The notes beneath the pieces were generated by a model. The model was not told the DNA's origin and searched no databases. It saw only the letters and a list, made by a program, of their open reading frames with translations. A program made the translations under genes and the position numbers. A stretch of 32,000 bases of DNA from Sphingobium sp. SCG-1. Its GTDB lineage: Bacteria; Pseudomonadota; Alphaproteobacteria; Sphingomonadales; Sphingomonadaceae. The stretch spans positions 3,086,669 to 3,118,668 of the forward strand of contig NZ_CP026372.1 of NCBI RefSeq assembly GCF_002953135.1, written 5' to 3'. Each line of letters opens with the position of its first letter. The first letter of the stretch is position 1. Positions 1 to 9,020 of this stretch are shown in pieces.

Positions 1-225
1 CACGAGATATTCGACGATCGCGCCGGTCTCGGCCACGATCTGCCCGTCGTCATCGATGACAGGAGACTTGCCCAGCGGATGGACGGCCTTCAATTCGGGA
101 GGCGCGAGCATAGTCTTCGGGTTCCGTTGATAGCGGACCACGCTGTAGGGCAAGGAGAGTTCTTCGAGCAGCCAGAGAATCCGTTGCGAACGGCTATTCT
201 CAAGGTGATGGACGATGATGGTCAT
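1..225 (-). CDS. glutathione S-transferase family protein, N-terminal 75 codons (gene continues past the left edge)
   Basis: Own translation of the reverse strand from ATG (225-223): MTIIVHHLENSRSQRILWLLEELSLPYSVVRYQRNPKTMLAPPELKAVHPLGKSPVIDDDGQIVAETGAIVEYLV. This is the GST N-terminal thioredoxin-like pattern (SRSQRILWLLEEL, HPLGKSPV, ETGAIVEYL). It is absent from the ORF track because it is open at the window edge. Confidence 0.8.
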   Translation of the reverse strand, partial: MTIIVHHLENSRSQRILWLLEELSLPYSVVRYQRNPKTMLAPPELKAVHPLGKSPVIDDDGQIVAETGAIVEYLV

Positions 226-363
226 GGGCGCTCCTTGTGCCGCGGAGGCTAACAGAGTTTGCAACGTGTCAAAGCGATTTCCCGCCGCTCTCACATAGCG
301 ATTGCCTCGCCACCCACTACCGGAGCGGGACCGAGGCCCGACCTACGCCAAAGCGCACTCGAT

Positions 364-399
364 GCCGAAACTGAAGCCGAAACTAAAGCCGACGCTGAC
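364..399. repeat. imperfect 12-bp tandem repeat, 3 units (gccgaaactgaa / gccgaaactaaa / gccgacgctgac)
   Basis: Read directly in the recA-GST intergenic region. No convincing ORF covers it. Confidence 0.6.
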
Positions 400-432
400 G
401 CCTCACCAAACGATCTCACGCCCCATAATGAT

Positions 433-466
433 AAAGGCCCGCGGCGTTCTCACGCTGCGGGCCTTT
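433..466 (-). terminator. candidate rho-independent terminator of recA
   Basis: Inverted repeat aaaggcccgc(ggcg)...(cgct)gcgggccttt, about 14 bp of pairing with loop ttctca. On the minus strand it is followed by TTTATCATTAT. It lies 72 nt downstream of the recA stop. Confidence 0.55.
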
Positions 467-538
467 CGGATCATGAAACGGCAAGCAGGAGCCTCCACGC
501 CAAGATGCCGGGTTGTACGTGCCCGGCGGCTCTCGCGT

Positions 539-1639
539 TTAGGCTTCCCCGTCTTCCGCTTCGTCGGGTTCGGGACCGGTCATCATGCCTTCCGCAACCT
601 TCTCGGTCTTGGTGCGAATGGCTTTCTCGATCTTATCGGTGATCTCGGGATTTTCCTTGAGGAACGTCTTGGAATTCTCGCGGCCCTGCCCGATGCGGAT
701 CGAGTCATAGGAGAACCATGCGCCGGATTTCTCGACGATCCCGGCCTTCACACCGAGGTCGAGGATTTCACCGATCTTGGAAATGCCTTCGCCATACATG
801 ATGTCGAATTCGACTTGCTTGAACGGCGGCGCGACCTTGTTCTTCACGACCTTCACGCGGGTCGCGTTGCCGACAATATCGTCGCGATCCTTGATCTGGC
901 CCGTGCGGCGAATGTCAAGGCGGACGGACGCATAGAATTTCAGCGCATTGCCGCCCGTCGTGGTTTCCGGATTGCCGTACATCACGCCAATCTTCATGCG
1001 CAGCTGATTGATGAAGATCACCATGCAGCGCGAACGACTGATCGAACCCGTCAGCTTGCGCAGCGATTGCGACATCAGACGCGCCTGCAGGCCCACATGG
1101 CTGTCGCCCATTTCGCCTTCGATTTCCGCACGCGGCACCAGCGCGGCCACCGAGTCCACCACCAGAACGTCGATGGCATTGGAACGCACCAGCGTGTCCA
1201 CGATCTCCAGCGCCTGCTCACCCGTATCAGGTTGCGACACGATCAGTTCGTCGATGTTGACGCCCAGTTTCTTCGCATAGACCGGATCGAGCGCATGTTC
1301 CGCGTCCACGAACGCCGCTGTGCCGCCGCCCCTCTGCGCTTCGGCGATGACATGTAGCGCCAGCGTCGTCTTGCCCGAACTTTCCGGTCCATAGACTTCG
1401 ATCACGCGACCGCGCGGCAGTCCACCCACACCCAATGCAATATCAAGGCCAAGGCTGCCCGTCGAAATCGCCTCGACCTGCATCGTCTCCTTGGAACCCA
1501 GCCGCATGGCCGATCCCTTGCCGAACGCGCGGTCGATCTGCGCCAGTGCGGCATCCAGCGCCTTCTGCCGGTCCTGTCCAGTCTTATCCATAGTCCCCGT
1601 CTTCTTGTCGGAATCAATCAGTTTCAGCATTGCTGTCAT
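539..1639 (-). CDS. recA: recombinase RecA
   Basis: ORF 539..1696 trimmed to the ATG at 1639 ([49 protein letters not shown]...), with AGGAG 8 nt upstream. Walker [10 protein letters not shown] and a canonical RecA core are present throughout. The internal MDKTG (1591) is an alternative start. Confidence 0.97.
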   Translation of the reverse strand: MTAMLKLIDSDKKTGTMDKTGQDRQKALDAALAQIDRAFGKGSAMRLGSKETMQVEAISTGSLGLDIALGVGGLPRGRVIEVYGPESSGKTTLALHVIAEAQRGGGTAAFVDAEHALDPVYAKKLGVNIDELIVSQPDTGEQALEIVDTLVRSNAIDVLVVDSVAALVPRAEIEGEMGDSHVGLQARLMSQSLRKLTGSISRSRCMVIFINQLRMKIGVMYGNPETTTGGNALKFYASVRLDIRRTGQIKDRDDIVGNATRVKVVKNKVAPPFKQVEFDIMYGEGISKIGEILDLGVKAGIVEKSGAWFSYDSIRIGQGRENSKTFLKENPEITDKIEKAIRTKTEKVAEGMMTGPEPDEAEDGEA

Positions 1640-1735
1640 CACATGGTCTCCTGTCAAGCAATCCGGACACAATGCCGAACCGAGAGGAGCGCCCAAGCGG
1701 GCGCTTGGGCATCATGTATCGCATTTGTTCTCAGT

Positions 1736-1750
1736 GAACAAGAGGGGAAC
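1736..1750 (-). promoter_or_regulatory. alphaproteobacterial LexA (SOS) box, GTTC-N7-GTTC on the recA strand
   Basis: Plus strand reads GAAC aagaggg GAAC (1736-1739 and 1747-1750), i.e. GTTCccctcttGTTC on the recA strand, 97-111 nt upstream of the recA ATG. This matches the direct-repeat SOS operator known for Rhodobacter/Rhizobium-type LexA. Confidence 0.6.
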
Positions 1751-1760
1751 AGAATAAACT

Positions 1761-2144
1761 TCAGGCCGAGGCGCGGCCGGTATTCAGTCCACTCGCCAGC
1801 ACCTTGTCCAGTGCCCGCTCCACTGCCCCGATCGTGAAGGGTTTCGCCAACGTCGGCCGATCCTCAAAGGTCGTAGGCACATCGTCGGAACTACCGCCAG
1901 TGGCGAACAGGAACGGCGTCCCCTGGTTCGCAAGCGCTTCGGCGACCGGCCAGGACTTCTCCCCTTGGAGATTGCAGTCGACGATGGCCGCATCGAAGCC
2001 ACCCTGATCCACCAGCGCGCAGGCTTCGGATACCGTCGCCGCCACGCCGTGCACGCCATAGCCCAGCGTTTCGAGAAAATCCTCCAGCATCATGCCGATC
2101 ATGGCTTCGTCTTCAACCACCAGAATGGATTTAGTTGCCGTCAT
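1761..2144 (-). CDS. single-domain response regulator (receiver only), SdrG-like 'FAT GUY' family
   Basis: 127 aa: ILVVEDEAMIGMML...AAIVDCNL...PFLFATGG...LAKPF. The acidic pocket DE, phospho-acceptor D (IVDCNL) and the PFxFATG[G/Y] motif (PFLFATGG, codons at 1893-1916) are present. ATG start verified. Confidence 0.9.
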   Translation of the reverse strand: MTATKSILVVEDEAMIGMMLEDFLETLGYGVHGVAATVSEACALVDQGGFDAAIVDCNLQGEKSWPVAEALANQGTPFLFATGGSSDDVPTTFEDRPTLAKPFTIGAVERALDKVLASGLNTGRASA

Positions 2145-2228
2145 GATCGTCCGCGATTCCCGAAATACCGAAATCTGTGTTTCGGTGGCGAAAGGAGGAC
2201 TGTCGCTAACCTATGATGCGCGGCTTGC

Positions 2229-4712
2229 CTAGTGCCTTTCCCCTTGATCTGAAGCAATGCCATCAGGCGCTTTATCACCGCCATCGGGAGCCATCGGGGC
2301 GTATGCGATCAAGGTATCCCGCGCAGATTCAGCAAGTTGACTTACAGAAAACGGCTTGGGCAGGAAATTGACGTTCGGAATGTCGATGGACTTGCGCAGT
2401 TGCTCCTCGGCATAGCCCGACATGAAAAGCACCGGCAAAGTGGGATGCGCCTGCCGCGCCTGCGCCACCATGGTCGGCCCGTCCATATTGGGCATGACCA
2501 CGTCGGAAATGAGCAGGTCGATATGTCCGCCCGAGGCGTATGTGGATTCGAGCATCTCCAGCCCCTGCTCGCCATCCGAAGCGGCCAGCACCGTATAGCC
2601 CTGCCGCGCCAGCGCACGTTCGGCCACGGTGCGCACCATGTCCTCGTCCTCGACCAGCAGGATGGTCCCGGTGCCCCACACTTCACTGCGCTTGTCCGGG
2701 AGGCGCGGCTTCTCCGGTTCCGCAGGTTTGCCCACCGAGGCATAGACCGGAAGGTAGATGACGAAGCTTGCGCCCTGCCCCGGTTCTGACTCGGCGAAGA
2801 TAAAGCCGCCCGACTGCTTCACGATGCCATACACGGTCGAGAGGCCAAGGCCGGTGCCCTTGCCCACTTCCTTAGTGGTAAAGAACGGCTCGAAGATCTT
2901 GGCCAGAAGGTCCGGCGGAATGCCCGTACCCATGTCGGACACACGCAGGGCGGTGTAATCACCGACGGGCAGCACTTCATGCCGCATCTCGCGGACTTTG
3001 GCAGCGGGAACGGCATAGGTCTGAATGTTGAGCGTACCGCCATCGGGCATCGCATCGCGCGCATTGACGGCGAGATTGATGATGACCTGTTCCAATTGCC
3101 CCGGATCGGCGCGCACCGCGCCCAGGTTACGGCCATGGCTGACCATCAGCTTCACATTCTCGCCCAGCAGGCGGTTGAGCAAGTTGGAGACATCCGCGAC
3201 GATATCGGGCAATTGCAGAACCTGCGGCCGCAGCGTCTGCTGGCGGGAGAACGCGAGCAACTGCCGCGTCAGGCCCGCCGCGCGATTGCTGTTCGACTTG
3301 ATCTGCTGAATGTCGTCATAATCGCTGTCGCCCGGCGTGTGCCGCATCAGCATCAGGTCACAATGGCCGATAATGGCGGTTAATATGTTATTGAAATCAT
3401 GGGCGACGCCTCCCGCAAGCTGACCGATAGCCTGCATCTTCGTGGCTTGCGCGACTTGCCGCTTCAGCTTGCTTTCCTCGCTGTTGTCCTTGAGGCTGAG
3501 CAGCACTGCCGCTTCGCCAAGGCCGCGCACGCCCGCCAGGCTGAGCGCCACCGGCTCATCGGGCTGCACGCGCATCCGCACCGCGATATCGCCCGACATC
3601 TGCGGGCCGACAGCAAAGCGGCGCACGGAATCGGCCACCGCCGCCTGATCTTCACGGATGACGAGATCGCCGGGATAGGTAGGCTTCTCGCCCGCCTTCA
3701 GGCCGACCGCGCGGGAGAATGCATTGTTCAGGAACAGCACGCGCCCGTCCCGGTCCGCCATGGCAAGGCCGAAGGGCAGCAGCGACAGCAGCGTCTCGAT
3801 ATAGGAGAGCGCCGAGGTGCCATCCATGCTGCCGCCCTGCTCGTCGAGCATCAGGATCAGCATCGGCCCTTCCGCCGTGCCGCGCTTCATCGGCACCTGT
3901 AACAGGCGGATCGGCAGCGCGCTGCCTTCCTCACGCGCGAAGAACACGCGCCCCTTCTCATCGATGCGCAGATAGCTCGCAAAGTCGCGGCCGGTGATAT
4001 TGGCGTCGATCCTTCCCGACGCACGGAGCAAGAAGGCGCCATTCGCGGCCCGTATTCGCCCCTCGCCGCCGATCATCACCGCCATGATGCCCGCCTCGGT
4101 AAGCTGACGCCCCGCCTCGCCCGTCAGCATCCGATTGAAATCGTCGATGATGCTCACTTGTCGCACAGGCGTGAAGCGCCAGAGAAGATAGTCCTCCGAA
4201 CGCCCCGTGCGCGTCACGTCAGCGTCCAGCCGCATTGCGCCGCGACCTATTCCCGCAGCCCTGCCCTCACCATCGGACCATGCCGCGCGCCCCGCCGCGG
4301 CCAACCGCTCCGCCTCCGATGTCTCAAGCGGCAGGTCGGGCGGCGTCGGGAAACCGGGAAACCATTCCCCATACAGATCGCTGGCGCAGACCAGCCGCCC
4401 GGAACGATCGGTTACGGCGATGGCCATGCTGGACGCATCGGCAGCGGCGCGCGCCACGGTCCAGTCGGGAACGGCATCCAGATCGACGGCTTCGTTAGGG
4501 AACAATCGCGTGAACCATGCGCCTAACGCCGCCACCGCGATCAGCGCCGCCGCGAATCCGCCCGCCAGCGCAGGTTGGCCCACGACGAAGTAAATGAGTC
4601 CCGCGCAGGCAAGCGCTGCAACTCCCAGCATCGGCAAAAGCCCGCGCAACGGCCGTGGCGCCGCCATCGCAAGCATCTCGTTCTTTTGCGATATAGTGCC
4701 CTGTGCCGCCAT
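2229..4712 (-). CDS. cckA: hybrid sensor histidine kinase/response regulator, CckA-like (2 TM, PAS-like repeats, HisKA, HATPase, REC)
   Basis: H-box GGVAHDFNNILTAIIGHCDLML; ATPase boxes NLAVNARDAM, DMGTGIPP, GKGTGLGLSTVYGIV; C-terminal receiver ILLVEDEDMV...DLLISDVVMPNMDGPT...FMSGYAEE...FLPKPFS. Two N-terminal hydrophobic helices are present. The track start at 4733 is TTG; I prefer the ATG at 4712, which has GGGAGA upstream. The cckA assignment rests on architecture and receiver motifs only. Confidence 0.8.
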   Translation of the reverse strand: MAAQGTISQKNEMLAMAAPRPLRGLLPMLGVAALACAGLIYFVVGQPALAGGFAAALIAVAALGAWFTRLFPNEAVDLDAVPDWTVARAAADASSMAIAVTDRSGRLVCASDLYGEWFPGFPTPPDLPLETSEAERLAAAGRAAWSDGEGRAAGIGRGAMRLDADVTRTGRSEDYLLWRFTPVRQVSIIDDFNRMLTGEAGRQLTEAGIMAVMIGGEGRIRAANGAFLLRASGRIDANITGRDFASYLRIDEKGRVFFAREEGSALPIRLLQVPMKRGTAEGPMLILMLDEQGGSMDGTSALSYIETLLSLLPFGLAMADRDGRVLFLNNAFSRAVGLKAGEKPTYPGDLVIREDQAAVADSVRRFAVGPQMSGDIAVRMRVQPDEPVALSLAGVRGLGEAAVLLSLKDNSEESKLKRQVAQATKMQAIGQLAGGVAHDFNNILTAIIGHCDLMLMRHTPGDSDYDDIQQIKSNSNRAAGLTRQLLAFSRQQTLRPQVLQLPDIVADVSNLLNRLLGENVKLMVSHGRNLGAVRADPGQLEQVIINLAVNARDAMPDGGTLNIQTYAVPAAKVREMRHEVLPVGDYTALRVSDMGTGIPPDLLAKIFEPFFTTKEVGKGTGLGLSTVYGIVKQSGGFIFAESEPGQGASFVIYLPVYASVGKPAEPEKPRLPDKRSEVWGTGTILLVEDEDMVRTVAERALARQGYTVLAASDGEQGLEMLESTYASGGHIDLLISDVVMPNMDGPTMVAQARQAHPTLPVLFMSGYAEEQLRKSIDIPNVNFLPKPFSVSQLAESARDTLIAYAPMAPDGGDKAPDGIASDQGERH

Positions 4713-4757
4713 AAGGTGGCGCTCTCCCGTCAACCTGAGCGTGTCAGGCAGCGCGGG

Positions 4758-5348
4758 TCAGACGGCTGCCGTTTCTTCCATAGAACCGGATTTGCCGCAC
4801 TTGCCAATCCTCAATTTGCGCGCATGCCATTTCCGGCTCATGCGGATACGCCAGAAACCCACCGCGATGAGGTAGCCCACCGCCGCCGACACCACGGAGA
4901 TAACCGCCAGCCCGAACAGCATGGCGGGCGCCGCTTCGGAGAACAGCCATGCCATCCACTGCTGGACGCCGGCATGATTGTGCACCAGCGCCATGAAGCC
5001 CGACGCATCGGCGGTCCGCCCCAGCATGAAATTGCCGACATAGACCGACGCCCACAGGATGAATGGTGTCGTCGCGGGATTGCTGAGGAACGTCATCGCC
5101 GCCGCCACCGGAATATTGGCCCGCACCGGCAGCGCCAGCAAGGCCGCCCCCGCGATCTGGATACCGGGGATCAGCAGGAAAATGCCCACGAGCAGCCCCA
5201 GCGCCACGCCGCGCGGCACCGACCGTCGCGTAAAGCGCCACAACGATGGCTCCAGTACGCGATGCGCCACGGGCGCGATGAAGCGGTTATGCTCCATCGA
5301 CTCGCGGGTCGGGGCATTGGCATGCCACCATCGCGTCAGGCGGCTCAT
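4758..5348 (-). CDS. DUF2062-family membrane protein
   Basis: 196 aa with pattern ...PSLWRFTRRSVPRGVALGLLVGIFLLIPGIQIAGAALLALPVRANIPVAAAMTFLSNPATTPFILW.... Its ATG at 5348 directly abuts the smpB stop at 5349. Confidence 0.75.
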   Translation of the reverse strand: MSRLTRWWHANAPTRESMEHNRFIAPVAHRVLEPSLWRFTRRSVPRGVALGLLVGIFLLIPGIQIAGAALLALPVRANIPVAAAMTFLSNPATTPFILWASVYVGNFMLGRTADASGFMALVHNHAGVQQWMAWLFSEAAPAMLFGLAVISVVSAAVGYLIAVGFWRIRMSRKWHARKLRIGKCGKSGSMEETAAV

Positions 5349-5831
5349 CTAGCCGCGATCCTTCATGATGCGCGCCGCGTCCCGCTTCCAGTCGCGATCC
5401 TTGATGACCTCGCGCTTGTCGTGCAGCTTCTTGCCCTTGGCGATCGCCAGTTCGACCTTGGCCCGGCCTTTGCTGTTGAAATAGACCATCAGCGGCACGA
5501 TCGTCATGCCCTGCCGCTCGACCGCGCTGTGCATCTTGTTGATCTCGCGCTCATGCAGCAGCAGCTTGCGCGGGCGCTTGGGTTCGTGGTTCTCGCGGTT
5601 GCCATGGCTATATTCGGGGATGTTGCTGTTCACCAGGAAGACCTGGCTCCCCTTCACCTCGGCATAGCTTTCGGCGATCGATCCCTCGCCGCCTCGCAAG
5701 GCTTTCACTTCGGTGCCCTGCAAGGCGATGCCCGCTTCGAACACGTCCTCGATGAAATACTCGAAGCGCGCGCGCCGGTTCTCGGCGACGATCTTCTTCT
5801 TGTCGAACGTTTCGGGACGGGGGCGGGCCAT
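5349..5831 (-). CDS. smpB: SsrA-binding protein SmpB
   Basis: 160 aa: ...[32 protein letters not shown]...[11 protein letters not shown]...[33 protein letters not shown]. Canonical SmpB sequence. Confidence 0.95.
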   Translation of the reverse strand: MARPRPETFDKKKIVAENRRARFEYFIEDVFEAGIALQGTEVKALRGGEGSIAESYAEVKGSQVFLVNSNIPEYSHGNRENHEPKRPRKLLLHEREINKMHSAVERQGMTIVPLMVYFNSKGRAKVELAIAKGKKLHDKREVIKDRDWKRDAARIMKDRG

Positions 5832-5890
5832 GATTTCCTAAATTAACAAACGTGACGTCATGCCACCGCGATATGGGTATAGACGAACCG

Positions 5891-6769
5891 TCAGACCAGT
5901 CCCGCAATCTCCAGCGCCCGGTCGACGGCCGTGCGGCTGGCGTCCGAAGGCCATGTGATCGGCAGGCGCAGATTCGTCGGCATGTCGGGCCGAAGACGCG
6001 ACAGGGCATATTTGACTGGCCCAGGTGAAGAATCGCTGAACAGCGCGTCGTGCAGGGGATAGAGCCGATCCTGCAACGCCAGCGCCGCCGTCCAGTCGCC
6101 GCTGGTGCAGGCCGCCTGGAAGTCGGCGCACAGCTTCGGGGCGACGTTCGCCGTCACCGATATGCAGCCTACCCCGCCCATCGCGTTGAATCCCAGCGCC
6201 GTTTCGTCATTGCCGGACAACTGGCAGAAGTCGGTCCCGCAGGCGAGGCGCTGTGCGGTGACACGGCCCAGATTTCCGGTGGCGTCCTTTATGCCGACGA
6301 TCGACTGGAACTCTTCGGCCAGCCGGAACAGCACCGGCACGCCGATGTCGGTGATCGTCCGGCTCGGCACGTTGTACAGGATGATCGGCAAGTCGCAGTG
6401 CTGCGCCAGATAGGCGAAATGCTGATAGACGCCTTCCTGATTGGGCTTGTTGTAATAAGGCGCGACGACCAGCGCCGCGTTTGCCCCTGCCGCCTGCGCC
6501 GCATACATGTGCTCCAGCGCGATCTTCGTGTCGTTCGATCCGCATCCGGCGATCACGGGCACCCGCCCCGCCGCCTGATCGACGCAGATGGCGACGACGC
6601 GATTATGCTCCTCGACCGTCATCGTGGCGCTTTCGCCCGTGGTGCCGCAGGGCACCAGTCCGGCGCTTCCCTCGTCGATCTGCCAGTCGACGAATGCGCG
6701 GAAGGCGTCTTCGTCCAACGCTCCGTCGCGGAAAGACGTCACCAGAGCCGGTATGGACCCGGAGAACAT
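5891..6769 (-). CDS. dapA: 4-hydroxy-tetrahydrodipicolinate synthase
   Basis: 292 aa: MFSGSIPALVTSFRDGALDEDAFRAFVDWQIDEGSAGLVPCGTTGESATMT...VPVIAGCGSNDT...APYYNKP...ILYNVPSRT...GIKDATG. Canonical DapA motifs. Confidence 0.95.
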   Translation of the reverse strand: MFSGSIPALVTSFRDGALDEDAFRAFVDWQIDEGSAGLVPCGTTGESATMTVEEHNRVVAICVDQAAGRVPVIAGCGSNDTKIALEHMYAAQAAGANAALVVAPYYNKPNQEGVYQHFAYLAQHCDLPIILYNVPSRTITDIGVPVLFRLAEEFQSIVGIKDATGNLGRVTAQRLACGTDFCQLSGNDETALGFNAMGGVGCISVTANVAPKLCADFQAACTSGDWTAALALQDRLYPLHDALFSDSSPGPVKYALSRLRPDMPTNLRLPITWPSDASRTAVDRALEIAGLV

Positions 6770-6867
6770 GCAAAATCTCCTTCAAAACGCCGGATTTTCC
6801 GGGCATAGTACGAAATGCACCCGCGCAGGCACGGTATTCAGCGCCTGATAAGGAACCTGCCCCCATA

Positions 6868-8961
6868 ATGTCCAGCATGGTCACGTCAACGCCCCAGGTC
6901 CGCAATCGCTTCTTCCGGACCGCTCTCATTGTCCTTCTGTCGTCCACCGCCGCAGCCAGCGCGCAAACCGAAGCACCGACGCAGCTCCTGCCGCCGTCGA
7001 TGCAGCAGCCCGCGTCTGCGCAGCCCGCCATGGTGCAGCCGATCCCCGGATCGAGCGGCTGGGATGCCGCGCGCGCACAAGTCGGCGTGTCGCAGGATAC
7101 GCAGATCGTCGGCGCGATCAACGAATGGCGGCGCCTGCAACAGAGCGACGGCCTCGGCTTCTCCTCCTACGCCAGCTTCATCACGACCTATCCTGATTGG
7201 CCGGGCGAGGACCGGATGCGGCGGCTGGCGGAAACGTCGATCAACCCCAATGCCTACGAACCCAATCAGGTCGTGGCCTTCTTCGCCCGCTTCCCCGCCC
7301 GGACCGCCGTGGGTCACGCCCGCAATGCCGTCGCGCTTTCGGCCATCGGCCGCATGGCGGAAGCGAAGGTCGCGGCGAAAACCGCATGGACGACGGGCGC
7401 GCTTTCTCCGCAGGACGAAGCGCAATTGATGTCGCTGTTCGGCAGCAATTTCTCGACCGCCGATTACGACAAGCGTGCCGACGTACTGCTCTTCGCCCGC
7501 GCCAATGCCGGGGCGGAGCGCATCCTCGCCTACACCTCGCCTGCCCGCCGCCCGGTTTTCGCCGCGCGGATAGCGCTCCAGCGCAAGGCGCCTGACGCCA
7601 TGGCGCAGATGCAGGCCGCCGAGGCCTATGGCGCCAGCGATCCGGGCTTCCTCAACGACAAGGCCACATGGTTGCGCGACAGCGGCAACAGCATCGCGGC
7701 GCGCACATTACTTTCGCAGCGCCAGACGCTTTCGACCCCGCCCGGCGACCCGGAAAAGTGGTACGAAACGCTGCTTACCAACGCCCGCGCGGCGGCGAAC
7801 GACAGCCAGTGGAGCTACGCATGGGGCATCGCCAGCAAGGTCGATGACGCGTACCCCGCTGGGATAGCCGTCCGCGACCGCAGCATCGGCGAGCGTGACG
7901 ATTACACGAGCCTCACTTGGCTTGCAGGCACCACCGCCTTCTACAATCTCGGCCGCCCGCGCGACGCGATCGGCATGTTCCAGCGCTACGCCACCGCAGC
8001 CCGCTCCCCGCAGACGATCTCCAAAGGCTTCTACTGGGCAGGCCGCGCCGCCCTCGCCAGCGGCGATCCTGCCGGAGCCAACGCCTTCTTCCAGCAAGCC
8101 GCCGCCTACCCCGATCAGTTCTACGGCCAGTTGTCCCTGGAACGGCTCGGCCGCCCCGTACCCGCGCCAGCACCCGCCGTGATGACCGCCGTCACCGAAG
8201 CGGATCGCGCCGCCTTCGCCAGCCGCAGCGTCGTGCGCGCCGCGCGAGCACTGGGGAAAATGGGCTATTGGGAAGACCAGAGCAAATTCGTCCGCGCCAT
8301 AGCCGCCAGCGCCGACGATCAGCAGAGCCATCTCCTCTCCGCCGAACTCGCCCTCACATTGGGCCGTCCTGACCTGGGCGTCATGGTTGGACGTCGTGCT
8401 GTATCGGACGGCCTGTCCGGCTATGGCCGCGCCAGCTTCCCCAGCGTGCCCGTCCCATCCGGCCATCAATCCAACTGGACGATGATCCACGCCATTGCGC
8501 GTCAGGAGAGCCAGTTCGACCGCGCCGCCGTCAGCCACGCGGGCGCACGCGGCCTCATGCAACTCATGCCCGGCACCGCGCGCGAGACAGCGGGCAAGAT
8601 CGGCCTTGGCTACAACATGTCCGCCCTCACCACCGATCCCAGCTATAATATTCAGCTTGGCAGCACCTACTTCCAGAAGATGCTCGATTATTATGGCGGC
8701 AGCTATCCCCTCGCCGTCGCCGCCTACAACGCTGGTCCCGGCAACGTGAACAAATGGATTCGCGCCAACGGCGACCCCCGCATGGGCGGATCGGACATGC
8801 TCCGCTGGATCGAGATGATCCCGATTTACGAAACGCGCAGCTACGTCCAGCGCGTGCTGGAAAACGCCGTCGTCTATGACGCGATCAATCCCTCGCAGGC
8901 CCGGTTCAAGGGGACCACCGCGCCGCTCAGCCGCTATCTGGGCAAGAACACGCCCGGATAG
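6868..8961 (+). CDS. soluble lytic murein transglycosylase (Slt family), exported
   Basis: ORF 6481..8961 trimmed to the ATG at 6868 (MSSMVTSTPQVRNRFFRTALIVLLSSTAAASAQ, a signal peptide). It has a long helical superhelix-type N-terminal region. The C-terminal SLT catalytic domain reads IARQESQFDRAAVSHAGARGLMQLMPGTA...AYNAGPGNV. Confidence 0.9.
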   Translation: MSSMVTSTPQVRNRFFRTALIVLLSSTAAASAQTEAPTQLLPPSMQQPASAQPAMVQPIPGSSGWDAARAQVGVSQDTQIVGAINEWRRLQQSDGLGFSSYASFITTYPDWPGEDRMRRLAETSINPNAYEPNQVVAFFARFPARTAVGHARNAVALSAIGRMAEAKVAAKTAWTTGALSPQDEAQLMSLFGSNFSTADYDKRADVLLFARANAGAERILAYTSPARRPVFAARIALQRKAPDAMAQMQAAEAYGASDPGFLNDKATWLRDSGNSIAARTLLSQRQTLSTPPGDPEKWYETLLTNARAAANDSQWSYAWGIASKVDDAYPAGIAVRDRSIGERDDYTSLTWLAGTTAFYNLGRPRDAIGMFQRYATAARSPQTISKGFYWAGRAALASGDPAGANAFFQQAAAYPDQFYGQLSLERLGRPVPAPAPAVMTAVTEADRAAFASRSVVRAARALGKMGYWEDQSKFVRAIAASADDQQSHLLSAELALTLGRPDLGVMVGRRAVSDGLSGYGRASFPSVPVPSGHQSNWTMIHAIARQESQFDRAAVSHAGARGLMQLMPGTARETAGKIGLGYNMSALTTDPSYNIQLGSTYFQKMLDYYGGSYPLAVAAYNAGPGNVNKWIRANGDPRMGGSDMLRWIEMIPIYETRSYVQRVLENAVVYDAINPSQARFKGTTAPLSRYLGKNTPG

Positions 8962-8970
8962 CGCCAAACC

Positions 8971-9020
8971 CCGTTCGCCCTGAGCGAAGTCGAAGGGCAA
9001 AGCTGAGCGAAGACGAAGCC
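8971..9020. repeat. REP-like intergenic element with internal direct repeat ctgagcgaag(t/a)cgaag x2
   Basis: ccgttcgccctgagcgaagtcgaagggcaaagctgagcgaagacgaagcc, with units at 8980-8995 and 9003-9018 and a small gccct/agggc inverted repeat. It resembles the 'FALSEVEG / PFDFAQGER'-type dispersed intergenic repeats I recall from alphaproteobacterial genomes. Only one copy is in this window. Confidence 0.3.

Noticed and set aside
302-1357. 351-aa plus-strand ORF (and the 259..642 and 1008..1280 ORFs) antisense to recA
   Set aside because: It lies entirely inside or opposite the unmistakable recA frame. Its Arg/His/Asp-rich, motif-free translation is typical of antisense shadow ORFs in high-GC DNA.
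1640-1696. Longer N-terminal extensions offered by the ORF track (recA from 1696, oxygenase from 15681, pepN from 16065, HerA-like from 29658, kinase from 4733)
   Set aside because: The 15681, 29658 and 4733 extensions begin at GTG/TTG codons. All the extensions add residues with no homology-like pattern, and they lack an SD, while internal ATGs with SD sequences give canonical N-termini.
2168-2185. ccgaaa-tctgtg-tttcgg hairpin considered as the terminator of the hybrid kinase gene
   Set aside because: It lies only 24 nt upstream of the response-regulator start codon, with no room for a separate promoter. More likely it is an intercistronic structure, so it is mentioned under the kinase/regulator finding rather than called a terminator.
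2205-2378. Short plus-strand ORF (about 57 aa) preceded by AAAGGAGGA at 2191-2199, antisense to the 3' end of the kinase gene
   Set aside because: The SD-to-ATG spacing is about 13 nt, which is too long. The ORF is antisense to a solid gene and its translation has no features.
3380-3394. TTAA-N7-TTGA, a near CtrA-box, in the hybrid kinase gene
   Set aside because: It has one mismatch to TTAA-N7-TTAA and lies deep inside a coding region. It is a single occurrence with no promoter context.
4575-5846. 423-aa plus-strand ORF spanning the DUF2062 and smpB loci
   Set aside because: This is a shadow ORF opposite two well-supported minus-strand genes. The translation is dominated by R/H/Q/P with no domain pattern.
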